Part shown: in pieces, positions 42,680 to 59,302 of the stretch
Layout of the letters: each line of letters opens with the position of its first letter
Position numbering within the stretch: the first letter of the stretch is position 1
Assembly: GCA_964016885.1 (NCBI GenBank)
Contig: OZ024754.1
Span: forward strand, 37,634,001-37,698,000
Source of the DNA: Eledone cirrhosa
Taxonomy: Eukaryota
Direction: 5' to 3'
Length of the DNA: 64,000 nucleotides
Program-made: the position numbers and the translations under genes
The notes under the pieces: model-generated
Databases searched by the model: none
What the model saw: only the letters and a program-made list of their open reading frames with translations
What the model was told of the DNA's origin: nothing

Positions 42680-43805
42680 ATAACATACATACATACATAC
42701 ATACATACATACATACATACATAATACATACATAAATCTTTATTCGAATTCGTAGAGATGTCTGACTAAATACATATTTCATTTTACAAGAATCTGTAAT
42801 AAGCAGCGAGGCTGAACACAAGGGCAGAACAATCATTAAGGAAGTACCGAAGAAAAACGACGAGATAGGTAAATTAAATTTACATGCATACATACATCTT
42901 TTATTGGAATTCATAGAGATACCCGACTAAATACATAATTCATGTTACAAGGATTTGCTACAAAACGCCTGGCTGAACACATCCTCAGCAACATTATCGA
43001 AGTACCGAAAGAAAACAATGAGAAAGGTAAACAAAATTTACATACATACATACATACGTACATACATACATACATACATACATACATACATACATACATA
43101 CATACATACATACATACATACATACATACAGATATACATACATCTTTTATTCGAATTCGTGGAGGTATCCGACTAAATACATTATTCATTTTACAAGGAT
43201 TTGCTACAAGCAGCAAGGCTGAAGACAAAGGCACCAAAATCATTAAGGAAGTACCGAAGAAAAAGGACAAGAAAGGTAAACAAAATTTAAATGCATACAT
43301 ACATACATCTTTTATTCGAATTCGTAGAGATACCCGACTAAATACATAATTCATTATACAAGGATTTGCTACAAAGAGCCTGGCTGAACACATCCTCAGC
43401 AATTTTATCGAAGTACCGAACGAAAACAATGAGAAAGGTAAACAAAATTTACATACATACAATCATACATAGATACATACATACAGATATACATACATCT
43501 TTTATTCGAATTCGTAGAGGTATCCAACTAAATACATTATTCATTTTACAAGGATTTGCTACAAACAACATGGCTGAACACAGCAAGACCAGCAACATTA
43601 TGGAAGCAATGAAGAAAATCAGCGAGAAAGGTAAACAAAATTTACATACATACATACATACAAAGATCTTTTCGAATTCGTAGAGATATCTGACTAAATA
43701 CATAATTCATTTTACAAGAATCTGCTATAATCAGCAAGGCTGAACACAAGGGCGCCAAAATCATTAAAGAAGTACCGAAGAAAAACGACAAGAAAGCTAA
43801 ACAAA

Positions 43806-43838
<33 letters not shown>

Positions 43839-45068
43839 CATACATACATACATACATACATACATACATACATAAAACTTTATTCGAATATGTAGAGATG
43901 TCTGACTAAATACATATTTCATTTTACAAGAATCTGTAATAAGCAGCAAGGCTGAACACAAGGGCAGAAAAATCATTAAGGAAGTACCGAAGAAAAACGA
44001 CGAGAAAGGTAAACAAAATTTACATACATACATCTTTTATTCGAATTCATAGAGATACCCGACTAAATACATAATTCATTTTACAAGGATTTGCTACAAA
44101 GCGCCTGGCTGAACACATCCTCAGCAACATTATCGAAGTACCGAAAGAAAACAATGAGAAAGGTAAACAAAATTTACATACATACATACGTACATACGTA
44201 CATACATACATACATACATACATCTTTTATTCGAATCTGAAGAGATACCCGACTAAATACATAATTTATTTTACAAGGATTTGCTACAAACGTCATGGCT
44301 GAACACAACATCAACAACATTATGGAAGTACCGAACGAAAGCAATGAGAAAGGTAAACAAAATGTACATATATACATACATACATCTTTCATACGAATTC
44401 GTAGAGATACACGACTAAATACATTATTTATTTTACAAGGATTTGCTACAAACGTCATGGCTGAACACAACATCAACAACATTATGGAAGTACCGAACGA
44501 AAGCAATGAGAAAGGTAAACAAAATTTACATACATACATACATCTTTTATTTGAATTCATAGAGATACCCGACTAAATACATAATTCATTTTACAAGGAT
44601 TTGCTACAAAGCGCCTGGCTGAACACATCCTCAGCAACATTATCGAAGTACCGAAAGAAAACAATGAGAAAGGTAAACAAAATTTACATACATACATACG
44701 TACATACGTACATACATACATACATACATACATAAATACATACATACATACAGATATACATACATCTTTTATTCGAATTCGTAGAGGTATCCAACTAAAT
44801 ACATTATTCATTTTACAAGGATTTGCTACAAACAACATGGCTGAACACAGCAAGACCAGCAACATTAAGGAAGCAATGAAGAAAATCAGCGAGAGTGGTA
44901 AACAAAATTTACATACATACATACAAACATCTTTTCGAATTCGTAGAGATATCTGACTAAATACATAATTCATTTTACAAGAATCTGCTATAATCAGCAA
45001 GGCTGAACACAAGGGCACCAAAATCATTAAAGAAGTACCGAAGAAAAACGACAAGAAAGCTAAACAAA

Positions 45069-45101
<33 letters not shown>

Positions 45102-45136
45102 CATACATACATACATACATACATACATACATACAT

Positions 45137-48100
45137 AAAATGGCGACCGTTGTGGTCAGTGTCTGATAATCGGACGTGTGTAATTACGGCTTACATGAAG
45201 GCAACATACCATATATTGGAAAAAGTTGAGCTACATTACGCGGTAAGATTACATACAATAATTCTACATAAGTGTTTGAACTGTAAGTGTGTTGTAAAAC
45301 ACCTATTTATATGAACGATACATACACTTATGATATATGAACGATACATACACTTTAACATATAAATGCAACGTTGTTATATTACATTTATAAAGAAATA
45401 TTACATTTATATAAAACACAGCTGTAGAATTAAAAACTAACTGAAAAGAAATATTACTCAAGCTGTGAATAACTTTAAATTTCATTCTGACAGAACTTTG
45501 TCGTAACTTTTAAAGAAGATCATCGACTATTTTGAAAAATAAATACGAAATATTAGTGAATAGACGAACTCATCATGGCAAAAAGTACAAGTCTCCTTCG
45601 ACCAAATCGCAATTACAACCGTTGTACACAGTGGACCTACGAGCTTAACAAAGTATTATATGAAGCATACAAACAATCTGAACCCCAAAAGTTCGGTTTT
45701 ATGCAAAGGCTAAAAACTTTATGGAACTCCAAATACCCAGAATTAGACTTTTCTCCAAAGCATTTAAATGAACAGGCAAAACGTATCATTAGATGTAAAT
45801 TGATACATCTAACGGAATCGAGTGATACTACAAATACAGCCCTTGTAGACAACCACCCCACCTCCACTGACAGACAAAGAGAATGGCCAGCTAAATCTAA
45901 CAGTGAACAGCTCACCAACAATTTTGCTGAAATTCATCCCACTTCCACTGAAGAACAGCGAGAAAGGTCAGCTGACTCTAGTAGTAATTGTCACCACATC
46001 AACAACGAGGCTGAAATTCATGACTCTACTGAACAAACAGAGCACCAAAAACTTGTGGGCTCCCTACAAGTGATATGGAATGATATGTTTCAAGAGATAC
46101 ACAGCCTTAATGTGAGTGACAGACCATACAACACTAGAGTCAGTAAAGAACCCACTAAATTGGAATTGGAAGCGGTGAACGAAATAGGTGGCAATTATCT
46201 GAAGGCTATACGAACTAAAGGTGTAGAAACGACATTTGAAACGCTTAATGTTTTGTTATATGTTTCAGCTGTCACATTGCTAGCATATAACACACATCTA
46301 AAACCACGCAATCAAGATACAAACAGAAAGCCTGAACCAGCGTGGATGCGAAATTTAAAAACCAAAATTTTGTCCCTGAGACGAAGTATCTCACACATCG
46401 CAGTCGTTATGAAATGCAACATAGAGAGCAACTTCACACAACACCAGGAAGACCTAAAGAAAAAGTTAGAGAGAAGATTTGGAGATACAAAATTTAAAAC
46501 TTTGAACTCCAAATTACACCAGTTGAAACAACAACTCACAGCTACAACAGAAAGACTAAAATATAAGTCAACAGCACATAAACGACAAGTGCTAAATAGA
46601 TTGTTTGCCAGAGATCCTAAATCAGTTTATCGCAGCTTCGGTGGCAAAAGCTCAATCTCTGTAAATGACACCCCTTCAAAAGAACAGGTTGAGAGCTACT
46701 GGAGATCTGTATGGGAAACGGATGACGGATTCAACAGACAAGCTAATTGGCTAAAAGAACTGGAACAGGACTACTGCCAACATGTCCAGACAAAACAATA
46801 TGACATAGATGGGTCAATACTGGAAACAGCTCTACAGAAAATGTCGAATAGGAAATCGCCAGGCCCAGACCTCATTACAGGATACTGGTTGAAGAATTTC
46901 ACTTTCTATCGGCAAGATCTCATACGGCTGTTTACAGAAACCATTAAGGGCACACAAGAACTGCCCAGATGGTTATCAACTGCCTCTACTCTCCTCATTC
47001 CCAAAAAATAGCCAAACCACCCTTGCTAAAAATTACCGCCCAATTGCCTGCCAAAACATCATGTATAAATTATATACTGGGTGCCTTAACCTGTTCTTAC
47101 AGGATCACTGTGCTACCAACAACATCATAACACCTGAGCAAGCTGGTGGAAAGAGGGAGGTGTGGGGTTGCATAGATCACCTACTAACTAACAAAATGAT
47201 TCAGAAAAAAACAACAAAGAATCGCAGAAACATGACTGTCGTGTGGCTGGACTATCAAAAAGCATTTGATAGTGTACCTCATGGGTGGATTGTTAAGGCT
47301 TTACAGTTAGCTAAAGTCCCACAACCATTGGTAGCTGCTGTTGAACGCCTGACCAAGAACTGGTACACCAGTTTGATCCTTAGAGGTGAGAAGGAGCAGG
47401 TTAAGACTGATAAGATACATTACCAGAAGGGCATCTTTCAGGGTGATAGCTTGTCAGTGCTACTCTTCGTTCTCTCGCTGAATCCACTATCTTACCTACT
47501 CAGGAAACAAGGTCGACAAAGAAGTGGGACCAGAAGTATCTCCCATCTTTTCTTTGTTGATGACCTGAAGTTGTATGGGCCAAATATCAATGACATCAAG
47601 AAACAATTGGACCTCATTACACAATTTTCAACCGACATCAAAATGAAATTTGGTGAGTCCAAGTGTGCATATTTGGCAGTAAAACGTGGAAGAGCTGTGC
47701 CCTCCTCTAGAAATCTAGAGATGAACGGCCTGACAATACAACCTCTGCAGTCAGGTGACAACTACAGATATCTTGGATAGGATGAGAATGTCAGATATGA
47801 TGGACCCATAAATAAGGAGAGAACCAGAACTGAATACCTCAGAAGAGTAAAGAAAATATGGTCATCAGAACTGTCAGCATACAACAAATACATTGCCCAC
47901 AATACTTATGCTGTGCCAATTCTAACGCCAACATTTGGCCTACTGAACTGGTCATTGCAAGAACTAAGTGAGATGGATGTTAGAACTCGAAAACTTCTCA
48001 GTGTTACTGGGAACTTTAACATCAATGGTGATGTGGATAGGCTATACTTCTCACGCAAGGAAGGTGGCCGGGGTCTAAAATCAATATTAACAACATATGA

Positions 48101-49165
48101 GACCCGGATAGTGACACTGAAGCAACACCTTCAACAGAGGAAAAAGGTTGGCAACCATCTTGCCCAGGTTTATGACCATGAAAAAAGAAATATCATTAGA
48201 ATAGCGACTGATCTGGAGGAGAGATATGGAATAAAGCCCGATATAAATCTCTCACCCAGAGAAATCGGAAGATCCTATTCAATGTTCAAACAAGAAAAAA
48301 AAATTGACCAATTTACAGAAAAAGTTGTGCATGGATACTTGAGGCGTAAAACACAGACCATAGAGGGGATAAACCACTCAAAAAGCCTGGCATGGAGTTC
48401 CGACAAGTTTATGACATCACACCTTGAGGGATATCTCTATGCAATACAGGAACAAGAACTCCCTACCAAATATCTGCTGCACAAAAGAGGAGGGCCAGCA
48501 GCTGACAATAAATGTAGGCTATGTAAAACAAAGATCGAGGATGTAAGCCACATTGTTGCCAGCTGCGAAAGAATGTCATCTCGCTACTACCCCCCCATGA
48601 GACACGATGGGATAGCTAGAACCATCTGGAACGCACTCCGGAAAACAAAATCAACAACAAACGAGGAAGAATATATTGAGACAGATGGCACTAAGGAATA
48701 CTGGTGGAACCTGAAAATAAAAACTGCCACCAAATTAAAGCACAACCGGCCTGATATTGTAGTTTGGGACCACACATTGAAAACGTGTTCTGTTGTGGAG
48801 ATCAGCTGCCCACTTGATGTAAACGTTGTCAGAAAAATACAGGAGAAGGAGGACATCTACGGACCATTGATGAGGAGTTTACAAATCCAGTATCCAAGAT
48901 ACACCTTTAGCTTCATACCCATCATTATTGGTGCTACGGGTTATATAGCAACCCGCTTGGACCAAAGTATGACTGAAATTGGATTTGCGGACAAAAAGCG
49001 CAGCTCCCTAATTCATAGTCTACAAATGGCTGCGATAGCAGGCACCTTCAAAATTTGCAAAACATTCTTGCGATTCAAGGGATGACAATTTCTTTTCTTT
49101 TACAACCTTGCCACCAGGAAGGTGGCCGGTCAAAAAATATACTCAAAATTAAGAGAAAGAGAAAA
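45137..49165 (+). mobile_element. Near full-length R4/Dong-clade RLE non-LTR retrotransposon inserted in (TACA)n
   Basis: ~440-bp 5'UTR, a single long ORF with two lesions, ~80-bp 3'UTR; (TACA)n on both sides. Confidence 0.9.
45575..49085 (+). pseudogene. R4/Dong RT-RLE polyprotein with +1 frameshift (~47003-47008) and premature TAG (47778-47780)
   Basis: KSPGPD, NYRPIAC, WLDYQKAFDSVPH, GIFQGDSLS, LFFVDDL, YRYLG, RLY..RKEGGRGL, CRLC..KIEDVSHIVASC knuckle, RHD, RPDIVVWD..VEISCP..K...Y (PD-D/ExK). Confidence 0.9.
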
Positions 49166-49904
49166 CATACATACATACATAATACATACATAAATCTTTA
49201 TTCGAATTCGTAGAGATGTCTGACTAAATACATATTTCATTTTACAAGAATCTGTAATAAGCAGCGAGGCTGAATACAAGGGCAGAAAAATCATTAAGGA
49301 AGTACCGAAGAAAAACGACGAGATAGGTAAATTAAATTTACATGCATACATACATCTTTTATTGATATTCATAGAGATACCCGACTAAATACATAATTCA
49401 TTTTACAAGGATTTGCTACAAAACGCCTGGCTGAAAACATCCTCAGCAACATTATCGAAGTACCGAAAGAAAACAATGAGAAAGGTAAACAAAATTTACA
49501 TACATACATACATACGTACATACATACATACATACATACATACATACATACATACATACATACATACATACATACATACATACATACAGATATACATACA
49601 TCTTTTATTCGAATTCGTAGAGCTATCCGACTAAATACATTATTCATTTTACAAGGATTTGCTACAAGCAGCAAGGCTGAAGACAAAGGCACCAAAATCA
49701 TTAAGGAAGTACCGAAGAAAAAGGACAAGAAAGGTAAACAAAATTTACATGCATACATACATACATCTTTTATTCGAATTCGTAGAGATACCCGACTAAA
49801 TACATAATTCATTATACAAGGATTTGCTACAAAGAGCCTGGCTGAACACATCCTGAGCAATTTTATCGAAGTACCGAACGAAAACAATGAGAAAGGTAAA
49901 CAAA

Positions 49905-49937
<33 letters not shown>

Positions 49938-50283
49938 CATACATACATACATACATACATACATACATACATACATACATCTTTTATTCGAATTCGTAGA
50001 GGTATCCGACTAAATATATTATTCATTTTACAAGGATTTGCTACAAGCAGCAAGGCTGAAGACAAGGGCACCAAAATCATTAAGGAAGTACCGAAGAAAA
50101 AGGACAAGAAAGGTAAACAAAATTTACATGCATACATACATACATCTTTTATTCGAATTCGTAGAGATACCCGACTAAATACATAATTCATTATACAAGG
50201 ATTTGCTACAAAGAGCCTGGCTGAACACATCCTCAGCAATTTGATCGAAGTACCGAACGAAAACAATGAGAAAGGTAAACAAA

Positions 50284-50316
<33 letters not shown>

Positions 50317-51919
50317 CATACATACATACATACATCTTTTATTCGAATTCGTAGAGGTATCCAACTAAATACATTATTCATTTTACAAGGATTTGCTACA
50401 AACAACATGGCTGAACACAGCAAGACCAGCAACATTAAGGAAGCAATGAAGAAAATCAGCGAGAAAGGTAAACAAAATTTACATACATACATACATACAA
50501 ACATCTTTTCGAATTCGTAGAGATATCTGACTAAATACATAATTCATTTTACAAGAATCTGCTATAATCAGCAAGGCTGAACACAAGGGCACCAAAATCA
50601 TTAAAGAAGTAGCGAAGAAAAATGACAAAAAAGCTAAACAAAATTTACATAAATACATACAAAAATACATACATACATACATACATACATACATACATAC
50701 ATACATACATACATACATACATACATACAGATATACATACATCTTTTATTCGAATTCGTAGAGGTATTCAACTAAATACATTATTCATTTTACAAGGATT
50801 TGCTACAAAGAGCATGGCTGAACACACCCTCAACAACATTATGGAAGTACCGATCGAAAATAATGATAAAGGTAAACAAAATGTACATATATACATACAT
50901 ACATCTTTTATACGAACTCGTAGAGATACACGACTAAATACATTATTTATTTTACAAGGATTTGCTACAAACGTCATGGCTGAACACAACATCAACAACA
51001 TTATGGAAGTACCGAACGAAAGCAATGAGAAAGGTAAACAAAATTTACATATATACATACATACATCTTTTATACGAATTCGTAGAGATACACGACTAAA
51101 TACATTATTTATTTTACAAGGATTTGCTACAAATGTCATGGCTGAACACAACATCAACAACATTATGGTAGTACCGAACGAAAGCAATGAGAAAGGTAAA
51201 CAAAATGTACATACATACACACATATTTTATTCGAATTCGTAGAGATATCCACACTTAATACATAATTCATTTTACAAGGATTTGCTACAAGCAGCAAGG
51301 CTGAAGACAAGGGCACCAAAATCATTAAGGAAGTACCGAAGATAAAGGACAAGAAAGGTAAACAAAATTTACATGCATACATACATACATCTTTTATTCG
51401 AATTCGTAGAGATACCTGACTAAATACATAATTCATTATACAAGGATTTGCTACAAAGAGCCTGGCTGAACACATCCTCAGCAATTTTATCGAAGTACCG
51501 AACGAAAACAATGAGAAAGGTAAACAAAATTTACATACATATATACATACATACATACATACATACATACATACATACATACATACATACATACATACAT
51601 ACATACATACATCTTTTATTCGAATTCGTAGAGGTATCCAACTAAATACATTATTCATTTTACAAGGATTTGCTACAAACAACATGGCTGAACACAGCAA
51701 GACCAGAAACATTAAGGAAGCAATGAAAAAAATCAGCGAGAAAGGTAAACAAAATTTACATACATACATACATACAAAGATCTTTTCGAATTCGTAGAGA
51801 TATCTGACTAAATACATAATTCATTTTACAAGAATCTGCTATAATCAGCAAGGCTGAACACAAGGGCACCAAAATCATTAAAGAAGTACCGAAGAAAAAT
51901 GACAAGAAAGCTAAACAAA

Positions 51920-51952
<33 letters not shown>

Positions 51953-54657
51953 CATACATACATACATACATACATACATACATACATACGTAATACATAC
52001 ATAAATCTTTATTCGAATTCGTAGAGATGTCTGACTAAATACATATTTCATTTTACAAGAATCTGTAATAAGCAGCGAGGCTGAACACAAGGGCAGAAAT
52101 ATCATTAAGGAAGTACCGAAGAAAAACGACGAGATAGGTAAATTAAATTTACATGCATACATACATCTTTTATTGGAATTCATAGAGATACCCGACTAAA
52201 TACATAATTCATTTTACAAGGATTTGCTACAAAACGCCTGGCTGAAAACATCCTCAGCAACATTATCGAAGTACCGAAAGAAAACAATGAGAAAGGTAAA
52301 CAAAATTTACATACATACATACATACGTACATACATACATACAAACATACATACATACATACATACATACATACATACATACATACATACATACATACAT
52401 ACATACATACATACATACAGATATACATACATCTTTTATTCGAATTTGTAGAGGTATCCGACTAAATACATTATTCATTTTACAAGGATTTGCTACAAGC
52501 AGCAAGGCTGAAGACAAAGGCACCAAAATCATTAAGGAAGTACCGAAGAAAAAGGACAAGAAAGGTAAACAAAATTTACATGCATACATACATACATCTT
52601 TTATTCGAATTCGTAGAGATACCCGACTAAATACATAATTCATTATACAAGGATTTGCTACAAAGAGCCTGGCTGAACACATCCTCAGCAATTTTATCGA
52701 AGTACCGAACGAAAACAATGAGAAAGGTAAACAAAATTTACATACATACATACATACATTACATACATAGATACATACATACATACATACATACATACAT
52801 ACATACATACATACATACATACATACATACATACATACATACATACATACATACATCTTTTATTCGAATTCGTAGAGGTATCCAACTAAATACATTATTC
52901 ATTTTACAAGGATTTGCTACAAACAACATGGCTGAACACAGCAAGACCAGCAACATTAAGGAAGCAATGAAGAAAATCAGCGAGAAAGGTAAACAAAATT
53001 TACATACATACATACATACAAACATCTTTTCGAATTCGTAGAGATATCTGACTAAATACATCATTCATTTTACAAGAATCTGCTATAATCAGCAAGGCTG
53101 AACACAAGAGCACCAAAATCATTAAAGAAGTAGCGAAGAAAAACGACAAGAAAGCTAAACAAAATTTACATAAATACATACAAAAATACATACATACATA
53201 CATACATACATACATACATACATACATACATACATACATACATACATACATACATACATACATACATACATACATACATACATACATACAGATATACATA
53301 CATCTTTTATTCGAATTCGTAGAGGTATTCAACTAAATACATTATTCATTTTACAAGGATTTGCTACAGAGAGCATGGCTGAACACATCCTCAGCAACAT
53401 TATCGAAGTACCGAACGAAAACAATGAGAAAGGTAAACAAAATATACATACATACATACATACATCTTTTATTCGAACCTGAAGAGATACCCGACTAAAT
53501 ACATAATTTATTTTACAAGGATTTGCTACAAACGTCATGGCTGAACACAACATCAACAACATTATGGAAGTACCGAACGAAAGCAATGAGAAAGGTAAAG
53601 AAAATGTACATATATACATAGATACATCTTTTATACGAATTCGTAGAGATACACGACTAAATACATTATTTATTTTGCAAGGATTTGCTACAAACGTCAT
53701 GGATGAACACAACATCAACAACATTATGGAAGTACCGAACGAAAGCAATGAGAAAGGTAAACAAAATGTACATATATACATACATACATCTTTTATACGA
53801 ATTCGTAGAGATACACGACTAAATACATTATTTATTTTACAAGGATTTGCTACAAACGTCATGGCTGAACACAACATCAACAACATTATGGAAGTACCGA
53901 ACGAAAGCAATGAGAAAGGTAAACAAAATGTACATACATACAAACATATTTTATTCGAATTCGTAGAGATATCCGACTTAATACATAATTCATTTTACAA
54001 GGATTTGCTACAAGCAGCAAGGCTGAAGACAAGGGCACCAAAATCATTAAGGAAGTACCGAAGAAAAAGGACAAGAAAGGTAAACAAAATTTACATGCAT
54101 ACATACATACATACATACATCTTTTATTCGAATTCGTAGAGATACCTGACTAAATACATAATTCATTATACAAGGATTTGCTACAAAGAGCCTGGCTGAA
54201 CACATCCTCAGCAATTTTATCGAAGTACCGAACGAAAACAATGAGAAAGGTAAACAAAATTTACAGACATATATACATACATACATACATACATACATAC
54301 ATACATACATACATACATACATACATACATACATACATACATACATACATCTTTTATTCGAATTCGTAGAGGTATCCAACTAAATACATTATTCATTTTA
54401 CAAGGATTTGCTACAAACAACATGGCTGAACACAGCAAGACCAGCAACATTAAGGAAGCAATGAAGAAAATCAGCGAGAAAGGTAAACAAAATTTACATA
54501 CATACATACATACAAAGATCTTTTCGAATTCGTAGAGATATCTGACTAAATACATAATTCATTTTACAAGAATCTGCTATAATCAGCAAGGCTGAACACA
54601 AGGGCACCAAAATCATTAAAGAAGTACCGATGAAAAACGACAAGAAAGCTAAACAAA

Positions 54658-54690
<33 letters not shown>

Positions 54691-55461
54691 CATACATACA
54701 TACATACATACATACATACATACGTAATACATACATAAACCTTTATTCGAATTCGTAGAGATGTCTGCCTAAATACATATTTCATTTTACAAGAATCTGT
54801 AATAAGCAGCGAGGCTGAACACAAGGGCAGAAATATCATTAAGGAAGTACCGAAGAAAAACGACGAGATAGGTAAATTAAATTTACATGCATACATACAT
54901 CTTTTATTGGATTTCATAGAGATACCCGACTAAATACATAATTCATTTTACAAGGATTTGCTACAAAACGCCTGGCTGAAAACATCCTCAGCAACATTAT
55001 CGAAGTACCGAAAGAAAACAATGAGAAAGGTAAACAAAATTTACATACATACATACATACGTACATACATACATACATACATACATACATACATACATAC
55101 ATACATACATACATACATACATACGTACATACATACATACATACAGATATACATACATCTTTTATTCGAATTTGTAGAGGTATCCGACTAAATACATTAT
55201 TCATTTTACAAGGATTTGCTACAAGCAGCAAGGCTGAAGACAAAGGCACCAAAATCATTAAGGAAGTACCGAAGAAAAAGGACAAGAAAGGTAAACAAAA
55301 TTTACATGCATATATACATACATCTTTTATTCGAATTCGTAGAGATACCCGACTAAATACATAATTCATTATACAAGGATTTGCTACAAAGAGCCTGGCT
55401 GAACACATCCTCAGCAATTTTATCGAAGTACCGAACGAAAACAATGAGAAAGGTAAACAAA

Positions 55462-55494
<33 letters not shown>

Positions 55495-55872
55495 CATACA
55501 TACATACATAAATACATACATACATACATACATACATACATACATACATACATACAGATATACATACATCTTTTACTCGAATTCGTAGAGGTATCCGACT
55601 AAATACATTATTCATTTTACAAGGATTTGCTACAAGCAGCAAGGCTGAAGACAAGGGCACCAAAATCATTAAGGAAGTACCGAAGAAAAAGGACAAGAAA
55701 GGTAAACAAAATTTACATGCATACATACATACATCTTTTATTCGAATTCGTAGAGATACCCGACTAAATACATAATTCATTATACAAGGATTTGCTACAA
55801 AGAGCCTGGCTGAACACATCCTCAGCAATTTGATCGAAGTACCGAACGAAACCAATGAGAATGGTAAACAAA

Positions 55873-55905
<33 letters not shown>

Positions 55906-57480
55906 CATACATACATACATACATACATACATACATACATACATACATACATACATCTTTTATTCGAATTCGTAGAGGTATCCAACTAAATACATTATTC
56001 ATTTTACAAGGATTTGCTACAAACAACATGGCTGAACACAGCAAGACCAGCAACATTAAGGAAGCAATGAAGAAAATCAGCGAGAAAGGTAAACAAAATT
56101 TACATACATACATACATACAAACATCTTTTCGAATTCGTAGAGATATCTGACTAAATACATAATTCATTTTACAAGAATCTGCTATAATCAGCAAGGCTG
56201 AACACAAGGGCACCAAAATCATTAAAGAAGTAGCGAAGAAAAACGACAAGAAAGCTAAACAAAATTTACATAAATACATACAAAAATACATACATACATA
56301 CATATATACATACATACATACATACATACATACATACATACATACATACATACATACATACATACATACATACATCTTTTATTCGAATTCGTAGAGGTAT
56401 TCAACTAAATACATTATTCATTTTACAAGGATTTGCTACAGAGAGCATGGCTGAACACATCCTCAGCAACATTATCGAAGTACCGAACGAAAACAATGAG
56501 AAAGGTAAACAAAATGTACATACATACATATATCTTTTAATCGAATTCGTAGAGGTATCCGGCTAAATAGATTATTCATTTTACAAGGATTTGCTACAAA
56601 GAGCCAGGCAGAACACACCCTCAACAACATTATAGAAGTACCGATCGAAAATAATGAGAAAGGTAAACAAAATATACATACATACATACATACATCTTTT
56701 ATTCGAACTTGAAGAGATACCCGACTAAATACATAATTTATTTTACAAGGATTTGCTACAAACGTCATGGCTGAACACAACATCAACAACATTATGGAAG
56801 TACCGAACGAAAGCAATGAGAAAGGTAAACGAAGTGTACATATATACATAGATACATCTTTTATACGAATTCGTAGATATACACGACTAAATACATTATT
56901 TATTTTACAAGGATTTGCTACAAACGTCATGGCTGAACACAACATCAACAACATTATGGAAGTACCGAACGAAAGCAATGAGAAAGGTAAACAAAATGTA
57001 CATATATACATACATACATCTTTTATACGAATTCGTAGAGATACACGACTAAATACATTATTTATTTTACAAGGATTTGCTACAAACGTCATGGCTGAAC
57101 ACAACATCAACAACATTATGGAAGTACCGAACGAAAGCAACGAGAAAGGTAAACAAAATGTACATACATACAAACATATTTTATTCGAATTCGTAGAGGT
57201 ATCTGACTTAATACATAATTCATTTTACAAGGATTTGCTACAAGCAGCAAGGCTGAAGACAAGGGCACCAAAATCATTAAGGAAGCACCGACGAAAAAGG
57301 ACAAGAAAGGTAAACAAAATTTAAATGCATACATACATACATCTTATATTCGAATTCGTAGAGATACCCGACTAAATACATAATTCATTATACAAGGATT
57401 TGCTACAAAGAGCCTGGCTGAACACATCCTCAGCAATTTTATCGAAGTACCGAACGAAAACAATGAGAAAGGTAAACAAA

Positions 57481-57513
<33 letters not shown>

Positions 57514-58721
57514 CATACATACATACATACATACATACATACATACATACATCTTTTATTCGAATTCGTAGAGGTATCCAACTAAATACATTATTCATTT
57601 TACAAGGATTTGCTACAAACAACATGGCTGAACACAGCAAGACCAGCAACATTAAGGAAGCAATGAAGAAAATCAGCGAGAAAGGTAAACAAAATTTACA
57701 TACATACATACATACAAATATCTTTTCGAATTCGTAGAGATATCTGACTAAATACATAATTCATTTTACAAGAATCTGCTATAATCAGCAAGGCTGAACA
57801 CAAGGGCAGCAAAATCATTAAAGAAGTAGCGAAGAAAAACGACAAGAAAGCTAAACAAAATTTACATAAATACATACAAAAATACATACATACATACATA
57901 CATACATACATACATACATACATACATACATACATACATACATACATACATACATACAGATATACATACATCTTTTATTCGAATTCGTAGAGGTATCCAA
58001 CTAAATACATTATTCATTTTACAAGGATTTGCTACAAACAACATGGCTGAACACAGCAAGACCAGCAACATTAAGGAAGCAATGAAGAAAATCAGCGAGA
58101 AAGGTAAACAAAATTTACATACATACATACATACAAAGATCTTTTCGAATTCGTAGAGATATCTGACTAAATACATAATTCATTTTACAAGAATCTGCTA
58201 TAATCAGCAAGGCTGAACACAAGGGCAGCAAAATCATTAAAGAAGTAACGAAGAAAAACGACGAGAAAGCTAAACAAAATTTACATAAATACATACAAAA
58301 ATACATACATACATACATACATACATACATACATACATACATACATACATACATACATACATACAGATATACATACATCTTCTATTCGAATTCGTAGAGG
58401 TATCCAACTAAATACATTATTCATTTTACAAGGATTTGCTACAGACAACATGGCTGAACACAGCAAGACCAGCAACATTAAGGAAGCAATGAAGAAAATC
58501 AGCGAGAAAGGTAAACAAAATTTACATACATACATACATACAAAGATCTTTTCGAATTCGTAGAGATATCTGACTAAATACATAATTCATTTTACAAGAA
58601 TCTGCTATAATCAGCAAAGCTGAACACAAGGGCACCAAAATCATTAAAGGATTACCGAAGAAAAACGACAAGAAAGCTAAACAAAATTTACATAAATACA
58701 TACATACATACATACATACAT

Positions 58722-59302
58722 GGTGGCTGCCAACTCGTTTTCGAGTACGGCCACTACTTTATAACCATGTCGGAGAACCCCTAGCGATGCGCTGAACAAG
58801 TGTGATTTTTTAGTCCAGCCAGCGACTTGAACACTCTGGTACAAACACTACACTTGTGACAATTATTGACACATAGTTCTGGGCCCATGGTACCTTGTGA
58901 TGACAAGTGCAGAGAGATCTCCAGATATAAAGCAATGCCTGTGCTATGAAGATTTTATAGTGAGCAAAGGCACTGCACAAAGCCAGTCCCACTCTCTTAA
59001 CCAAGATGTCTCATGGTCGGGTCGTTGGCGACTAAACTGGCAACCCCACCAGGGTTTCTTGGTGAGGAGGGTGACTTTGGACATCCTGCAGGACTAAAAA
59101 CAAAACCTGTCGAAGGGCAAAGTAGCTCTTAAGAGTCAATGGCCATCCAAAATCACCGGGATAGATGACCCCTTAGCCTTTGTCAAGGCAGAATTCTAGG
59201 AGAAGGAAAACTCTGATATAACACCTGCAACCCTGATGGTATCCAATGATGTTGACTTGTTCTTCTTTTTGTTAAATATCATCTTGGTTAAGAGAGTGGG
59301 AC
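58722..59302 (-). mobile_element. Bipartite RTE-derived element with inverted 5' half
   Basis: Orientation flips at 59007/59008; gtcccactctcttaaccaagat is present in both orientations. Confidence 0.8.
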
